In this document: positions 19,460-29,779 of the stretch, in pieces
Layout: every line of letters begins with the position of its first letter
How positions within the stretch are numbered: position 1 is the stretch's first letter
Source of the DNA: a virus
Lineage: Duplodnaviria > Heunggongvirae > Uroviricota > Caudoviricetes
Strand: one strand, 5' to 3'
DNA: 64,000 nucleotides
Virus record (IMG/VR): IMGVR_UViG_3300028549_001428
The notes under the pieces: generated by a model
Database searches by the model: none
What the model was told of the DNA's origin: nothing
What the model saw: the letters and a program-made list of their open reading frames with translations, nothing else
Position numbers and translations under genes: made by a program

Positions 19460-19691
19460 TTTTCATCCTATGTATTTTTCTAAATTTTTGTAACCGATTG
19501 TTTGTTTCTCTATTAACAATACGATTAAGTATAGTTCTGAATAATCGCACACGCTCATATAATTGGGACATAACTCTACTTTCTATAGCAGGTGCTACAT
19601 TTGGCATTCTGAATGGAGGAATTTCAGAAAAATTGACTTGCTTATCAATTATAACTTCACACTCCATTCTTGTTAACTCTGTTATCACCAC
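19449..19691 (-). CDS. small protein, MIT-start group
   Basis: (M)VITEL. Confidence 0.6.
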   Translation of the reverse strand: MVITELTRMECEVIIDKQVNFSEIPPFRMPNVAPAIESRVMSQLYERVRLFRTILNRIVNRETNNRLQKFRKIHRMKNEI

Positions 19692-19915
19692 ATACCAAAT
19701 TTGTCTTTGTTATGTTTTTCTTCATGCGCAGTTATCGCATTTGATATCAACCCAATAGTAGATTCAATTGGATCTAGACATTTGTTTTTCAGTTTGTCTA
19801 CAACACTATGTTTAATACATGTGTTTATTTTAGATAGCATCGTATCTAAATTTTTATCGAACATGTGTTTATCTAGTTCATGTTCAACGTGTATATATTT
19901 TATAATACTTATCAT
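19685..19915 (-). CDS. small protein (MISII start)
   Basis: ORF after a TATATT box. Confidence 0.6.
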   Translation of the reverse strand: MISIIKYIHVEHELDKHMFDKNLDTMLSKINTCIKHSVVDKLKNKCLDPIESTIGLISNAITAHEEKHNKDKFGMW

Positions 19916-19963
19916 AAATTCTCCATTGATTAATATAGCAAAAAATAATGTATATTAACCAAT

Positions 19964-20167
19964 ATGATTACGCAACTTGACATTAACTTTATAGAAACCC
20001 ATGTTGTCTATAGATTTAAAAATAATGTAGAAGTATATCTAGATCAGATATATGGAACTAATACATTATTAAAATATAAAGATATACTTGATCCAATGGA
20101 TAACAATTTTCATATACCTGTTCTAAATAAAGTTGAAATACTTACAACAAAAAAGAGCCACGATTAA
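19964..20167 (+). CDS. small protein, MIT-start group
   Basis: MITQL; terminator AGAGCCA..TGGCTCT follows. Confidence 0.6.
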   Translation: MITQLDINFIETHVVYRFKNNVEVYLDQIYGTNTLLKYKDILDPMDNNFHIPVLNKVEILTTKKSHD

Positions 20168-20187
20168 GTGGCTCTATCGTAAGTGTA

Positions 20188-20346
20188 TCACTTATCATTT
20201 ACAAAATCAGATACTTCATCGACAACTTCATTGGCGACTTCAGCTACTGGCTTTGTGACCACTCGTGCAACATTAGCAGCTACCTTTACAGGTGCTGTGG
20301 CAATATCAACGAGATCAGAACCGAGATCAAATAGACTACCGAACAT
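20188..20346 (-). CDS. 52-aa amphipathic protein (not in ORF track)
   Basis: MFGSLFDLGSDLVDIATAPVKVAANVARVVTKPVAEVANEVVDEVSDFVNDK; SD AGAGG. Confidence 0.7.
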   Translation of the reverse strand: MFGSLFDLGSDLVDIATAPVKVAANVARVVTKPVAEVANEVVDEVSDFVNDK

Positions 20347-20371
20347 AATATACCTCTTGTGTGTTTGTTTA

Positions 20372-21226
20372 TTAGCCTTTTAGAACGTCTTCTAGACGCT
20401 TTTTGAATAGGAACACAGTCTTCTTACCGATTGCTTTTTCAACCTCTTTAGACTGCACCAATTCGCCTTCACCTTCACGATACACATCTTCAACCATTGC
20501 CTTGATGATATCAGGAATCTTTTCCATTCCAATATCTTGAGGCAACTTATCAAGCACATGTTCAAGTCGCATTGGAGTTACCCATTCCTCTGCAATTTCA
20601 TTTGCTTCGGTCAATACTTGCAATCGTTCTGGATTGACTTCTCGTGGGGTAGCAGTTTCACCGAACTTGTCGCTCTTATGCTTAGACAGAATTCGTTTAC
20701 CATCGTTGGTCTTCATTTCAATAAGAGGTCGAAGAACAACACCCTCACGAGGATGACCAGAACCCATACCATTACGAACAGCCTGTACGGAATCTGCATC
20801 ACGTTCAGCATCAATTGCTTCAATCGTGGTAGGAATACGAACATAATGTACGAATTCCAATCCCAATTTAATAGCAACATCTTCTGCATTAGGAACAGAC
20901 AACCAGTAATCGTCTACCTTCACTTCAAAGACAATAAATTTCAGTTCAGGTCCATAGGTATGCGACATCTTCTGTTGCTTTCCACCGTATCCTTCACCAA
21001 ATACGACAACATCAGAATTGAAATTTTCTTTGAATGCCTTCAACAAAGCAGTTTCATCGAACAAAGAAACGAACTTCGTGTGGCTTTCTCCACTAGATGA
21101 AAAATGAACTTTCTGTTCAGCGTGATTGTAAGAAATGTGAGTAGAAGTGCCATGAATCTTCTCAGTAGCATAGCATTCCTTAAACAACATGATAGTGTTG
21201 TTTTTATATAAATTTTCTATGTGCAT
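20372..21226 (-). CDS. RNA ligase, Rnl2-like family
   Basis: Motif I TEKIHGTS, FGEGYG, FIVFEV, REGVVLRP, SKHK. Confidence 0.85.
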   Translation of the reverse strand: MHIENLYKNNTIMLFKECYATEKIHGTSTHISYNHAEQKVHFSSSGESHTKFVSLFDETALLKAFKENFNSDVVVFGEGYGGKQQKMSHTYGPELKFIVFEVKVDDYWLSVPNAEDVAIKLGLEFVHYVRIPTTIEAIDAERDADSVQAVRNGMGSGHPREGVVLRPLIEMKTNDGKRILSKHKSDKFGETATPREVNPERLQVLTEANEIAEEWVTPMRLEHVLDKLPQDIGMEKIPDIIKAMVEDVYREGEGELVQSKEVEKAIGKKTVFLFKKRLEDVLKG

Positions 21227-21304
21227 ATAAGAAATGATGTTATCCTCGTTCTATGGTGTTTCTGCTAATATAGAAAACTATGATTGCTTTGTCAATGAAA
21301 AATA

Positions 21305-21931
21305 TCAAACCGATCTTGTAACATACAAGAAATCAATCAAATCGGTTTTAGTGGTGTTTTTAACATCATCCTTATTCCATATATGCACCATATCAGAACT
21401 TTCATTATAAAATACTCGTTTACAATCAGTAAATAGCTTCTGATCTCCATTTTTCAGTATCATGGATACATTAAATGCACATCCACTCTTATAACTTTCA
21501 TAATCAAATGATTCATATGGACTCAATTCAGCATTTTCACTAAATGGTTTGAATATATGATGAGGTGCTTTTATAATATAAAAATCAACATCGACTGAAT
21601 AGTATCCATTACTGGAGCCATACCATCTTAATGTTACATAACCTTTGGATGTTCTTATGTTATAGAATGTCCACTGACATTCATCATCGTCTTTATGATC
21701 TACGTCTGTGCTAGTATCCACTCTGAATTCATGAATATCAGCATCACATAAATCATTAATATCACCGCAGAAATCTTCTAGATATACACTCTCACAGCAA
21801 TCTTGATCGTGTTTCATTTCATATACACTACCATCGGTACAATAAAATACAAGACTGTCTGTATCAATCTGAACAGTCTTTACTAAATGTTTTCCAACTA
21901 ATTCACTTTCTTTTGCTTTAGTTCGTATCAT
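21305..21931 (-). CDS. conserved phage protein
   Basis: HDQDCCESVYLED and LRWYGSSNGYYS motifs seen in phage hypotheticals. Confidence 0.75.
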   Translation of the reverse strand: MIRTKAKESELVGKHLVKTVQIDTDSLVFYCTDGSVYEMKHDQDCCESVYLEDFCGDINDLCDADIHEFRVDTSTDVDHKDDDECQWTFYNIRTSKGYVTLRWYGSSNGYYSVDVDFYIIKAPHHIFKPFSENAELSPYESFDYESYKSGCAFNVSMILKNGDQKLFTDCKRVFYNESSDMVHIWNKDDVKNTTKTDLIDFLYVTRSV

Positions 21932-21932
21932 A

Positions 21933-22175
21933 TTAATTCACTTTTGTTATATCTCTAACAACAACATTTCGAGGTTCACTTACTTCATATTCAATTGTAC
22001 GCATATATACGGCAAACTGTTGATCTACTCTTTTATATATAGCAATCCTATCAACATGAGATTTATTATGTTTAATAATTGCTGAATATGCGAGGTCAAT
22101 GGTAGGAAACAATTCACCGTCAATAACATCCTTACATATAGGCATAGGTTCATTTGAATATAATACTTTATACAT
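21933..22175 (-). CDS. hypothetical protein (80 aa)
   Basis: ORF in operon. Confidence 0.65.
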   Translation of the reverse strand: MYKVLYSNEPMPICKDVIDGELFPTIDLAYSAIIKHNKSHVDRIAIYKRVDQQFAVYMRTIEYEVSEPRNVVVRDITKVN

Positions 22176-22179
22176 CTAA

Positions 22180-22722
22180 TTATTCCTCTAAATTTAATAG
22201 CTCACGCATTCTACCAAATTCTGGTCCATTTATACCAATATTTGGATCGGTTTGAATCAATTTATCACCAACATATCTACGAATTGAATTGCCCATATCA
22301 TCCAGCACACACCAATGAGTTACATCATTAAGTTCACCAAATTCTTCAATCCATTTGAGTATTTCAATACCTCTATCTTTATAAAGTATAGGCGTGAATC
22401 CCACGATTGGTATATGCAATCCTTTATATTGAAACATTTGCGTTAGTGATTCAACCGTTTGTCCTTCTCTCCATGTAGATGACATGACTATTTTTACATC
22501 TTCATTATCACAAACTATTCTATGTAAATATGATACAGCTACTTCATCAAAAGGCCAGTTTTCTAAATTGAAATCAGGCATATACGCTTCCCTAGACCGC
22601 TTACCTTCTCGGATCTTTGGTATCTTTGATTCATTACTTACACCATACCAATCAGTATTTTGCTTAGTATATGAACGTTGAGTAGCAACTACACCATCTA
22701 TGTCTAGGAATATTACTTTCAT
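22180..22722 (-). CDS. HAD-family phosphatase (RNA-repair Swiss-army-knife type)
   Basis: VIFLDIDGV, IVMSSTWR, RGIEILKW, CVLDD. Confidence 0.85.
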   Translation of the reverse strand: MKVIFLDIDGVVATQRSYTKQNTDWYGVSNESKIPKIREGKRSREAYMPDFNLENWPFDEVAVSYLHRIVCDNEDVKIVMSSTWREGQTVESLTQMFQYKGLHIPIVGFTPILYKDRGIEILKWIEEFGELNDVTHWCVLDDMGNSIRRYVGDKLIQTDPNIGINGPEFGRMRELLNLEE

Positions 22723-23000
22723 TTTTTCTTCTTAATGTTAGGTTCTATTAACGGTTTAATTTTACTTTCTGATAATCTAACGATTGTCTCTTTCAATAAT
22801 AGTTTCAATGGATTGTATATTCGAGATACAAATTTATTTTGTGTCTCTCTTGTACCACCCCAACTTCTATCATATAGACCACTGTGACCACTGCCACCGA
22901 AATCCCTATCTCGGTTGGCAGGGATTTGCTCTTGAATAGGTGTTATCGTATTTCTACGAATAACACTATCAACTTCATATGCTTTAATCTCAGTAATCAT
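22719..23000 (-). CDS. small protein, MIT-start group
   Basis: MITEI. Confidence 0.65.
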   Translation of the reverse strand: MITEIKAYEVDSVIRRNTITPIQEQIPANRDRDFGGSGHSGLYDRSWGGTRETQNKFVSRIYNPLKLLLKETIVRLSESKIKPLIEPNIKKKK

Positions 23001-23003
23001 TTT

Positions 23004-23222
23004 TTATTTAGTTGGTGCTCTAAATTCTAACCATTTTTCTGTTACAAATTTCAATGAGTTGAATACAGCTTCCATTATTCCAATCATAAAATTAACTAGA
23101 AAATTATTTCCGTTTCCTTTATGTTTAACTGCGAACCAAACAGCATATGCGAATATTGCTATACCAGTGCCACATGCAATCAATGTGATAAGTGATTTTA
23201 GTTTTTCTTTTAATTTCTTCAT
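23004..23222 (-). CDS. small membrane protein
   Basis: One or two hydrophobic helices. Confidence 0.65.
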   Translation of the reverse strand: MKKLKEKLKSLITLIACGTGIAIFAYAVWFAVKHKGNGNNFLVNFMIGIMEAVFNSLKFVTEKWLEFRAPTK

Positions 23223-23236
23223 GATACCCTCTTAAT

Positions 23237-23452
23237 TTAATTGTATTTACGTTTAATTGATTCTTCAATTGCTTTTTGTATTGAATGGCATAACTCATGT
23301 AACTGAACTCTAAATCTAGGCATTTCATGATAAATATCATAATGCCTAATAACTCTATCGGTTATATTTCCCATAGAGTTATCGTTTCGGTAATCATGGA
23401 ATTCATACCATGTAGTTGGATTTATATCAGTATGTACAATTGTCGTTATCAT
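23237..23452 (-). CDS. small protein, MIT-start group
   Basis: MITTI. Confidence 0.6.
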   Translation of the reverse strand: MITTIVHTDINPTTWYEFHDYRNDNSMGNITDRVIRHYDIYHEMPRFRVQLHELCHSIQKAIEESIKRKYN

Positions 23453-23498
23453 AGCATCAATATAGCAAATTATACTGGAAATTGCTATTCATGTAATA

Positions 23499-23526
23499 AA
23501 AAAGCCTCTATAAGAGGCTTTTTATT
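23499..23526. terminator. bidirectional intrinsic terminator
   Basis: AAAAAGCCTCT-AT-AAGAGGCTTTTT. Confidence 0.75.
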
Positions 23527-24146
23527 TATCGAAATTCAAACTGTCCATCTGCTGGCATTTTTTTATTTAATCTGTCAATAAATGCCTTGTGAGTCTTTGG
23601 TAATGTTTTCAGATTAAAAGACATCAACAATTTAACTGGATAATACTTATCACCACTGTCACGATGACTTGCTTCTTTATTAATTTGCAATTCGTCTGTT
23701 ACACTGAAGAAACGTTCTTTTTTTGTTAGAGGTTGATGATTGAATCCCTGATACACTTCGAATGTATTTTTATCCAAATCAATCACATATGCATACTCAC
23801 AGAACAAGCTATCAACAGCAAAATCATATTTATTAAATACTTTGATTTTTGTTTTAAGATTGTATACATACTCTAAAATTTTTCCACCCATGTCTCTGCT
23901 TAGATGTGGATATTGTTTATCCCAGTCTTTGGTGTTATCTATTTTTTCTAAATACTTTTTATCTTTCTTTTCATCAATAAAAGAAACATATTTTTCAATC
24001 TTATCTTTGAAAACTGATAAATCAGCAGTCAATAGAAAATCCAAAATAGTATATCCCTGACCTTGTGGATAACCGTCCCATTGCCCATATTGAGCAATGC
24101 ATGGTTTACCTTTATATATCACAGCGGTTAAATTTCGTGTACCCAT
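23526..24146 (-). CDS. conserved phage protein
   Basis: MGTRNLT..QYGQWDGYP motif common in phage hypotheticals. Confidence 0.8.
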   Translation of the reverse strand: MGTRNLTAVIYKGKPCIAQYGQWDGYPQGQGYTILDFLLTADLSVFKDKIEKYVSFIDEKKDKKYLEKIDNTKDWDKQYPHLSRDMGGKILEYVYNLKTKIKVFNKYDFAVDSLFCEYAYVIDLDKNTFEVYQGFNHQPLTKKERFFSVTDELQINKEASHRDSGDKYYPVKLLMSFNLKTLPKTHKAFIDRLNKKMPADGQFEFR

Positions 24147-24153
24147 TTAATCC

Positions 24154-24336
24154 TCAATTAATTATGTTATACTCATTTAAATATGATTCTTTAATATGAG
24201 GCAACATAGAATCAAATGAATCATATTTACTCATTTTAGCTGTATCATACTCAGCCAATATATTATGCATAGAAACAATTTCTTGTTTGGTCTTCGTTTC
24301 TTTTACATAACATAAATTACCATTATTGTCATACAT
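24154..24336 (-). CDS. hypothetical protein
   Basis: ORF in operon; start refined. Confidence 0.55.
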   Translation of the reverse strand: MYDNNGNLCYVKETKTKQEIVSMHNILAEYDTAKMSKYDSFDSMLPHIKESYLNEYNIIN

Positions 24337-24640
24337 TACTTTCATCGATGGCACTCTCTTTCACTAGTTCATCAATATTGGTTTTCATATAAGTTGTAAT
24401 TTTATTATATGATGCTGCTTGGGATTGTTCACTGAATCCACGAAACACTGTTCTGGCTGGATAAACAATTTCCGACCCATCATCATTTATTTGAACTACA
24501 ATAGCCCATCCAAATATATGAAGGAATGTATTAATCATTGTCATCAGTCCAGTCTGTCGAAATTCTGACCATGTTTTTTGAGTAACAGGAGATACTTCTT
24601 GTGTCTCCTGTGCTGGTTCTTGTTTATCCATATCTGCCAT
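24329..24640 (-). CDS. conserved phage hypothetical protein
   Basis: WSEFRQTGL..INTFLHIFGWAIV..YPARTVFRGFSE. Confidence 0.75.
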   Translation of the reverse strand: MADMDKQEPAQETQEVSPVTQKTWSEFRQTGLMTMINTFLHIFGWAIVVQINDDGSEIVYPARTVFRGFSEQSQAASYNKITTYMKTNIDELVKESAIDESNV

Positions 24641-24642
24641 AA

Positions 24643-24849
24643 TTAACCTTCCAATATCCAATATGCTTCAGCCAATAAATCTTGAATCGAACGACATGCT
24701 TCAGGAGAAGGTACAACCAACTTCTTTTTGTCATCACGCAAAACACCTGTAACTCTGTTATCGCTAACGGTCAATGCCTTTTGAATAGCACTAACTACGA
24801 TATCATAATCATTTGAACTAATTTCACTCTTTTGTGGGATCTGTCTCAT
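24643..24849 (-). CDS. hypothetical protein (68 aa)
   Basis: SD GGAAG, TATATT box upstream. Confidence 0.65.
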   Translation of the reverse strand: MRQIPQKSEISSNDYDIVVSAIQKALTVSDNRVTGVLRDDKKKLVVPSPEACRSIQDLLAEAYWILEG

Positions 24850-24915
24850 ATTAACTTCCTTGTGTTGTTACCACAATAATATAGCAAATATCTCATAGTA
24901 ATTTATGATTTTTTT

Positions 24916-25239
24916 TTATTTTATTCGAACTAAAGTTGCGCCAATCAATGCCAGTATGAATCCAGCAATATGCCACCACCGCATACTACTAAATCCATCA
25001 GCAGAGAAATAACATAATGCTGGGTAATATATCAATGTGATAGCAAAGTCGTATAACAAACCATCAGCACTTAAATTTTTACTGAATCGTGATACAATTG
25101 CCCACATGGGAATCATACCTATTGCCCAAATAGCAAAGAACCATTTAATGTGTCCTGTAACATTTTGTTGTACAGAAAAATAAGCACTTACCGTCATCAA
25201 GACAGTAAGTACAATTAACCAAGAAATGGTGAATAACAT
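24916..25239 (-). CDS. four-TM small membrane protein (SMR/DMT-like size)
   Basis: Four hydrophobic segments in 107 aa. Confidence 0.6.
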   Translation of the reverse strand: MLFTISWLIVLTVLMTVSAYFSVQQNVTGHIKWFFAIWAIGMIPMWAIVSRFSKNLSADGLLYDFAITLIYYPALCYFSADGFSSMRWWHIAGFILALIGATLVRIK

Positions 25240-25241
25240 AA

Positions 25242-25445
25242 TTATTTAATTTCCATATCAGTTATTCCAGAACATGAGTCAAATGAGTATTGAACTCCAC
25301 CAAACGCATTAACTTGTTCTGGTGATATTACATCTACCAAACACGTCTGATTTTTTTCATAATCAAATAACTTAATATCCAAGAGTATATCAAATACATT
25401 TTTTGCTTTTTTATCATCGTCAAATGTAATTGTAATAGTTTTCAT
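25242..25445 (-). CDS. hypothetical protein (67 aa)
   Basis: ORF in operon. Confidence 0.6.
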   Translation of the reverse strand: MKTITITFDDDKKAKNVFDILLDIKLFDYEKNQTCLVDVISPEQVNAFGGVQYSFDSCSGITDMEIK

Positions 25446-25447
25446 GA

Positions 25448-26167
25448 TTATAGCAACTTTGAAAATTGTTTCTTGTAGCCTAATACAGCAGGGACATAAT
25501 CCATTGTTTCTTTAGAAATTCCATCAGCAGTAGCTAACCCATTCTTAAATAATTTGTATTTACTACCACCGCCAGGACCGCCATTGTATGCAGCAATTGC
25601 ATAATGCTCATTATTGAAATATGTCATCATTTGATGTACATATCGAGCACCTAATCTAATATTGTATTTCGCATCATACATCATATTTTCATCATATGTC
25701 ATGCGCAGATATTCACACATATCCATTGCAGTAGTTGGCATTAATTGCATCAAACCTTTTGCCCCAGTTGGACTCAATGCTTTATCATTAAAAGCTGATT
25801 CTTGTGAAGCCAGTGATACAAGCAATACAAAATCAACATTAGGGTATTTATCTGCTTCATCCACAAAGTATTCACCGTATGTCATCGCTACTTCATATTT
25901 CAGATTCTTGTTCCTACTCATAATCATTTCGGTAGCTTTTTGAATCTTAGCCTTCCGCTGATTATCAATAGAAATACCAGTACCTAATACAGTAATACTC
26001 TTTTCAACTGTCTGCAATTGCTCACGATTTTTGTGAACCAGTTCATATCCAATATACAAACCATACCCAATACCAAGTACACCAACAATCAAAAAGGCAT
26101 CTTTCAAAATATTGTATATAGTGCTAAGACGTTGTTTAAGTGTTTTCTTTTCGTTAATGCTTTCCAT
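25448..26167 (-). CDS. membrane-anchored lytic transglycosylase (SLT domain)
   Basis: QESAF catalytic Glu, GAKGLMQLMP, NIRLGARY, AAYNGGPG; N-terminal TM. Confidence 0.92.
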   Translation of the reverse strand: MESINEKKTLKQRLSTIYNILKDAFLIVGVLGIGYGLYIGYELVHKNREQLQTVEKSITVLGTGISIDNQRKAKIQKATEMIMSRNKNLKYEVAMTYGEYFVDEADKYPNVDFVLLVSLASQESAFNDKALSPTGAKGLMQLMPTTAMDMCEYLRMTYDENMMYDAKYNIRLGARYVHQMMTYFNNEHYAIAAYNGGPGGGSKYKLFKNGLATADGISKETMDYVPAVLGYKKQFSKLL

Positions 26168-26179
26168 TATAACTCCATG

Positions 26180-26371
26180 TTATTTGTTGTGTGTAACCCA
26201 AGTAAACAATACAATAACGGTAACTATAACCAATATTGCCATTGTAAAACTTGGTTCGAACCAGAACGCAAACCGTTCCAGTGTACTAAATCCAAGATAG
26301 TAACTAATTGCAGAAATGCAATATATGCTACCAACTAAGATTGTTAGATATGCCAAAAATTTAATAAACAT
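26180..26371 (-). CDS. two-TM small membrane protein
   Basis: Start refined to MFIKFLAY; two hydrophobic helices. Confidence 0.6.
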   Translation of the reverse strand: MFIKFLAYLTILVGSIYCISAISYYLGFSTLERFAFWFEPSFTMAILVIVTVIVLFTWVTHNK

Positions 26372-26372
26372 A

Positions 26373-26984
26373 TTATTTTTTTGACAATTCGATAACCTTA
26401 ATAGCAAACTCAGCAAATGTGCTATGATAGTTTGCTACTTCCCCATAACCAGAGCTATGCCCAGCTTCATATGCCATACTGTATACAGCACTACGAATTT
26501 CTTCTGAATATACATTCAAACCATCCTTGTATGCAAGGTATGCCATGTATGTGTCCATCCATTCACGCATTTTATTGTTTGCTGTGGAAGTTTCTTCTGT
26601 GAAAACTTTCATTTGGACTTCGAATTCTTCCATTGCTTTTTGATACTTAGCAATTTCTTCCTTTGTAGGAGAAGTAGAATTCATTCGAGGCGTGGATGGC
26701 TTTGTTGGATACTTGATATTCCGATAGCTACTGACATTAAAATTGTCAAATTTACGATGCTTAACAAAATAATCGGCATTTTCTTTAGTCAGTACCATAT
26801 CATAACCATCCAACTTGCTGATATAGTAATAAAATCTATAATCACCAAGCCAGATAGTATCATTACGGAAAATTTTTCCATTAGAAAGTGTAATCAGGGA
26901 TCGAGTAATTTTTTCAATAGTCGATTCAGTGATGTTATTACTAACATCAATTGCATAAACTTTCTGACCTACTTCAATATCCAT
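26373..26984 (-). CDS. hypothetical protein (203 aa)
   Basis: Strong SD, promoter at 27005-27033. Confidence 0.75.
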   Translation of the reverse strand: MDIEVGQKVYAIDVSNNITESTIEKITRSLITLSNGKIFRNDTIWLGDYRFYYYISKLDGYDMVLTKENADYFVKHRKFDNFNVSSYRNIKYPTKPSTPRMNSTSPTKEEIAKYQKAMEEFEVQMKVFTEETSTANNKMREWMDTYMAYLAYKDGLNVYSEEIRSAVYSMAYEAGHSSGYGEVANYHSTFAEFAIKVIELSKK

Positions 26985-27042
26985 TATTAGTCTCCTTTCC
27001 CCGTAATATAGAAAATATATAGGAAAGTGTCAAGGTATAATA

Positions 27043-27999
27043 TTACGCTAAAAACCCAAGCGCATTAGGTAGGTCTTCCTTTCCCTTGTATTCCCACAAG
27101 TGATCATTATCGGAATCAGATGGGTGCATTCCAGTACGAGTCAATTTGCATTTAGACATTACCAGACGTGTAATTGTAGCAATTTGTGCAAAATTCCATC
27201 GCTTGCTGTGTAATTGCCAAATATTTTCCGATACTTCAAAAAACGCAATACCACAATGAAGAAGCACAGCACCTAAATTATGTAATTGATCGTATTCACC
27301 ATTATTAAATGTATCAGGCCAAGTAGATTCTTTAGTTTTACCAGTAATTACTAAGTGTAGCTTATGATTATCTTCACCCAGAATACCTACATCTGATTCA
27401 CCTATAAAGAAGCCAAACTTATTTGCAAATGCCTCTGAAAAATTTGCACTCCGTAAAAATTCACGGGCAATAAGAGGGTTATAAAGCTGATCTACTTTAT
27501 CTAAATTTGGATTAATCATTTTAGACAAGGCTTTTATAATATCCTTGCCTACATTAACATAATCGTTCTCATCGTCATCACCATGAAAATCTGATGTATT
27601 AGATGGACCAACTCCAATTATGTTAGTACCACCGTATGTACCAAGATCATAAAATTGACCACCTTCCAAACTAAGTCCATTTCCTAGATCCAAAGAATCA
27701 CCATCGCATGAATCAAATGGTGAGCGTTCCATAGGTGGGGTATCGGTATTAATCTTGCGAGGTTCATTGATCTCATTGGAAGTCATATTGATATACGCAT
27801 TTCGATCTGTTACATCAATGCATGTAATCATAGTACCTGTGTTATCATATACATTATAGTACTGGTCGCACATACCATACAACGATTCTTCATTCAACGC
27901 AAAGACACAAACAGCCTTCTTTGGCGAAGTTGCTTCTACTTGATGATATACATTGTTTACATCAAATGTATCCGAAACTGCGTAAATAAAATAGTTCAT
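27043..27999 (-). CDS. hypothetical protein (318 aa)
   Basis: Long ORF with SD GGAG. Confidence 0.75.
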   Translation of the reverse strand: MNYFIYAVSDTFDVNNVYHQVEATSPKKAVCVFALNEESLYGMCDQYYNVYDNTGTMITCIDVTDRNAYINMTSNEINEPRKINTDTPPMERSPFDSCDGDSLDLGNGLSLEGGQFYDLGTYGGTNIIGVGPSNTSDFHGDDDENDYVNVGKDIIKALSKMINPNLDKVDQLYNPLIAREFLRSANFSEAFANKFGFFIGESDVGILGEDNHKLHLVITGKTKESTWPDTFNNGEYDQLHNLGAVLLHCGIAFFEVSENIWQLHSKRWNFAQIATITRLVMSKCKLTRTGMHPSDSDNDHLWEYKGKEDLPNALGFLA

Positions 28000-28069
28000 A
28001 TTAACTCTCCAGTGCCACGCACCTACATGTTTGTCATAAAATAGAAATTTACAATTGATTTGTCAATTG

Positions 28070-28258
28070 CTATTTTTCAAATTTCTTACACAGGTATTCG
28101 TACACTTCTGTTTCCGATAAACCATTAAAGTTAGGCTTGAAATTATCTACTAAATTTCTATGTGTACTGTAATGCTTACAATTGACACAATTACGACTAT
28201 CCCAATTAGTAGCTGGATAATCACCTTCATAATGTACACATAATTTACACTGATCCAT
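28070..28258 (-). CDS. small Cys-rich protein
   Basis: CKLC..CVNC pairs. Confidence 0.6.
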   Translation of the reverse strand: MDQCKLCVHYEGDYPATNWDSRNCVNCKHYSTHRNLVDNFKPNFNGLSETEVYEYLCKKFEK

Positions 28259-28925
28259 TTTTTATTACCTTGTATAAATGAACCGAATCGTGAATACCAT
28301 AAAACGGTTCGTGTGGTAGACGTTCTATCACCTGACATTTAGTACTTAGATAATTATTAAAATCATCATCACCAGTGCAACCACCATAAGGTTCGCCAAT
28401 GTTAATTACTTTACGTCCTGATTTAATAAGTTTTAATGCTTCATATCCCCAAGGTTCTTCATATGATACCCATGAGAATATGACATTGCGATCATGATAT
28501 TTTGTTACTGCATCAGATGCTGATAATAACTCAATATCAATGTATGGCGTGTTTCTATGCAACCCACCACGAAAATACATATTAGAATCTACAGAAACAA
28601 TATCAGTTGCGATTACATCAACACCGTGTAGTTGTAGAATACGTTCAAAATATCCACGACCACAACCAACGGATACCCACTTAGTATCCATTTTTTTAAT
28701 ATAGTTCACCACTTCCATACATGGCAAGTAATAACCAAAATCTTCTATAAATGAAAAGCGTTCAAAGTATGAAGGCAATTCACGCTTACTATATTCACTA
28801 TAATAAGGAAATCTTCCAGACCTAAATGTGGTATGGAAGAAATCAGAGAATCCAGTATTAGTTTGAATGTATGGAACTGATTCTATATCTTCATTTTCTT
28901 GAACCAACGAATTCATTACGAACAT
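28245..28925 (-). CDS. class I SAM-dependent methyltransferase-like protein
   Basis: VSVGCGRGY motif I, VIATD. Confidence 0.65.
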   Translation of the reverse strand: MFVMNSLVQENEDIESVPYIQTNTGFSDFFHTTFRSGRFPYYSEYSKRELPSYFERFSFIEDFGYYLPCMEVVNYIKKMDTKWVSVGCGRGYFERILQLHGVDVIATDIVSVDSNMYFRGGLHRNTPYIDIELLSASDAVTKYHDRNVIFSWVSYEEPWGYEALKLIKSGRKVINIGEPYGGCTGDDDFNNYLSTKCQVIERLPHEPFYGIHDSVHLYKVIKNGSV

Positions 28926-28930
28926 TTACC

Positions 28931-29260
28931 TTATTTACGATTTATCTTTCTTGCTTTCTTTGCCGCTTTACGCTTGGCAACTGCACGTGCTTTCTCTTCT
29001 GGGGTGCGTACTCGTTGTTCACCCATATTCAATTGATTTAATTCTCTACGTTCTTTACGTAGTTGTGTATACGTTTTTCCTAGTGTAGACTTATTATCAT
29101 AAGGACTTACTTGGAGTGTTGTACGTTGTTTTTCGGTGGCATCTGGTATATCAATTTCTATAAAATTTCCTAATCCTTCAGCGAAGGATTTAGTTATTTC
29201 CTTTTTTATTTCAAAAGTCATTGATTCATCAGTATATATTTTACCTGTTCTAGTATCCAT
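28931..29260 (-). CDS. hypothetical basic protein
   Basis: MDTRTGKIY start, Lys/Arg-rich tail. Confidence 0.7.
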   Translation of the reverse strand: MDTRTGKIYTDESMTFEIKKEITKSFAEGLGNFIEIDIPDATEKQRTTLQVSPYDNKSTLGKTYTQLRKERRELNQLNMGEQRVRTPEEKARAVAKRKAAKKARKINRK

Positions 29261-29272
29261 ATTCTATTACCT

Positions 29273-29779
29273 TTAACCTTTGTATTCAGTCCACTTGATA
29301 TATTCACGGGTCTGGGTCAATGCCTGTCCAAGCAAATTAATGCCTTTCCACTTCGTTCTATCAGTAGCACGATAATCATCGGCTGCTAACTTGATTCCCC
29401 AAATATTATCCAAAGGACTTGCTTCTACAAGGGTCTTCAATTCAGTGTCCATCAAGATCTTTTTCAAGTCTGGATTTTGTGTGAACTTCGCAATGGATGC
29501 ACCAAGCACGATAGTAAATCTGTGCTTATCCCACAATTCCTTATTGAAGTTAGATACCAACCGACCATATTTCTTGATCTGCTTTGGATCTTGTTCAGCC
29601 ATGATATCAGCATGCACCGCAGTATCACCGAATAGCAATGCCTTCTGTGCCATCATATATTGTTCAGCAGAACAATATTCAACTCCATTCACTTTGAATG
29701 TACATGGATGCCATTGACTAAATGGACCATGCCAAAACAATTCAAATTCTTCTTTTTCTGTCAACATAGATTTCTCCAA
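29273..29779 (-). CDS. NADAR (YbiA-like) ADP-ribose hydrolase
   Basis: FSQWH, SAEQYMMAQKALLFGD, KFTQN, LVEASPLDNIWGI, NLLGQAL. Confidence 0.93.
   Translation of the reverse strand: MEKSMLTEKEEFELFWHGPFSQWHPCTFKVNGVEYCSAEQYMMAQKALLFGDTAVHADIMAEQDPKQIKKYGRLVSNFNKELWDKHRFTIVLGASIAKFTQNPDLKKILMDTELKTLVEASPLDNIWGIKLAADDYRATDRTKWKGINLLGQALTQTREYIKWTEYKG

Noticed and set aside
26180-26371. Holin call
   Set aside because: Two TM helices and adjacency to an SLT gene are not enough; there is no late promoter and no spanin nearby.
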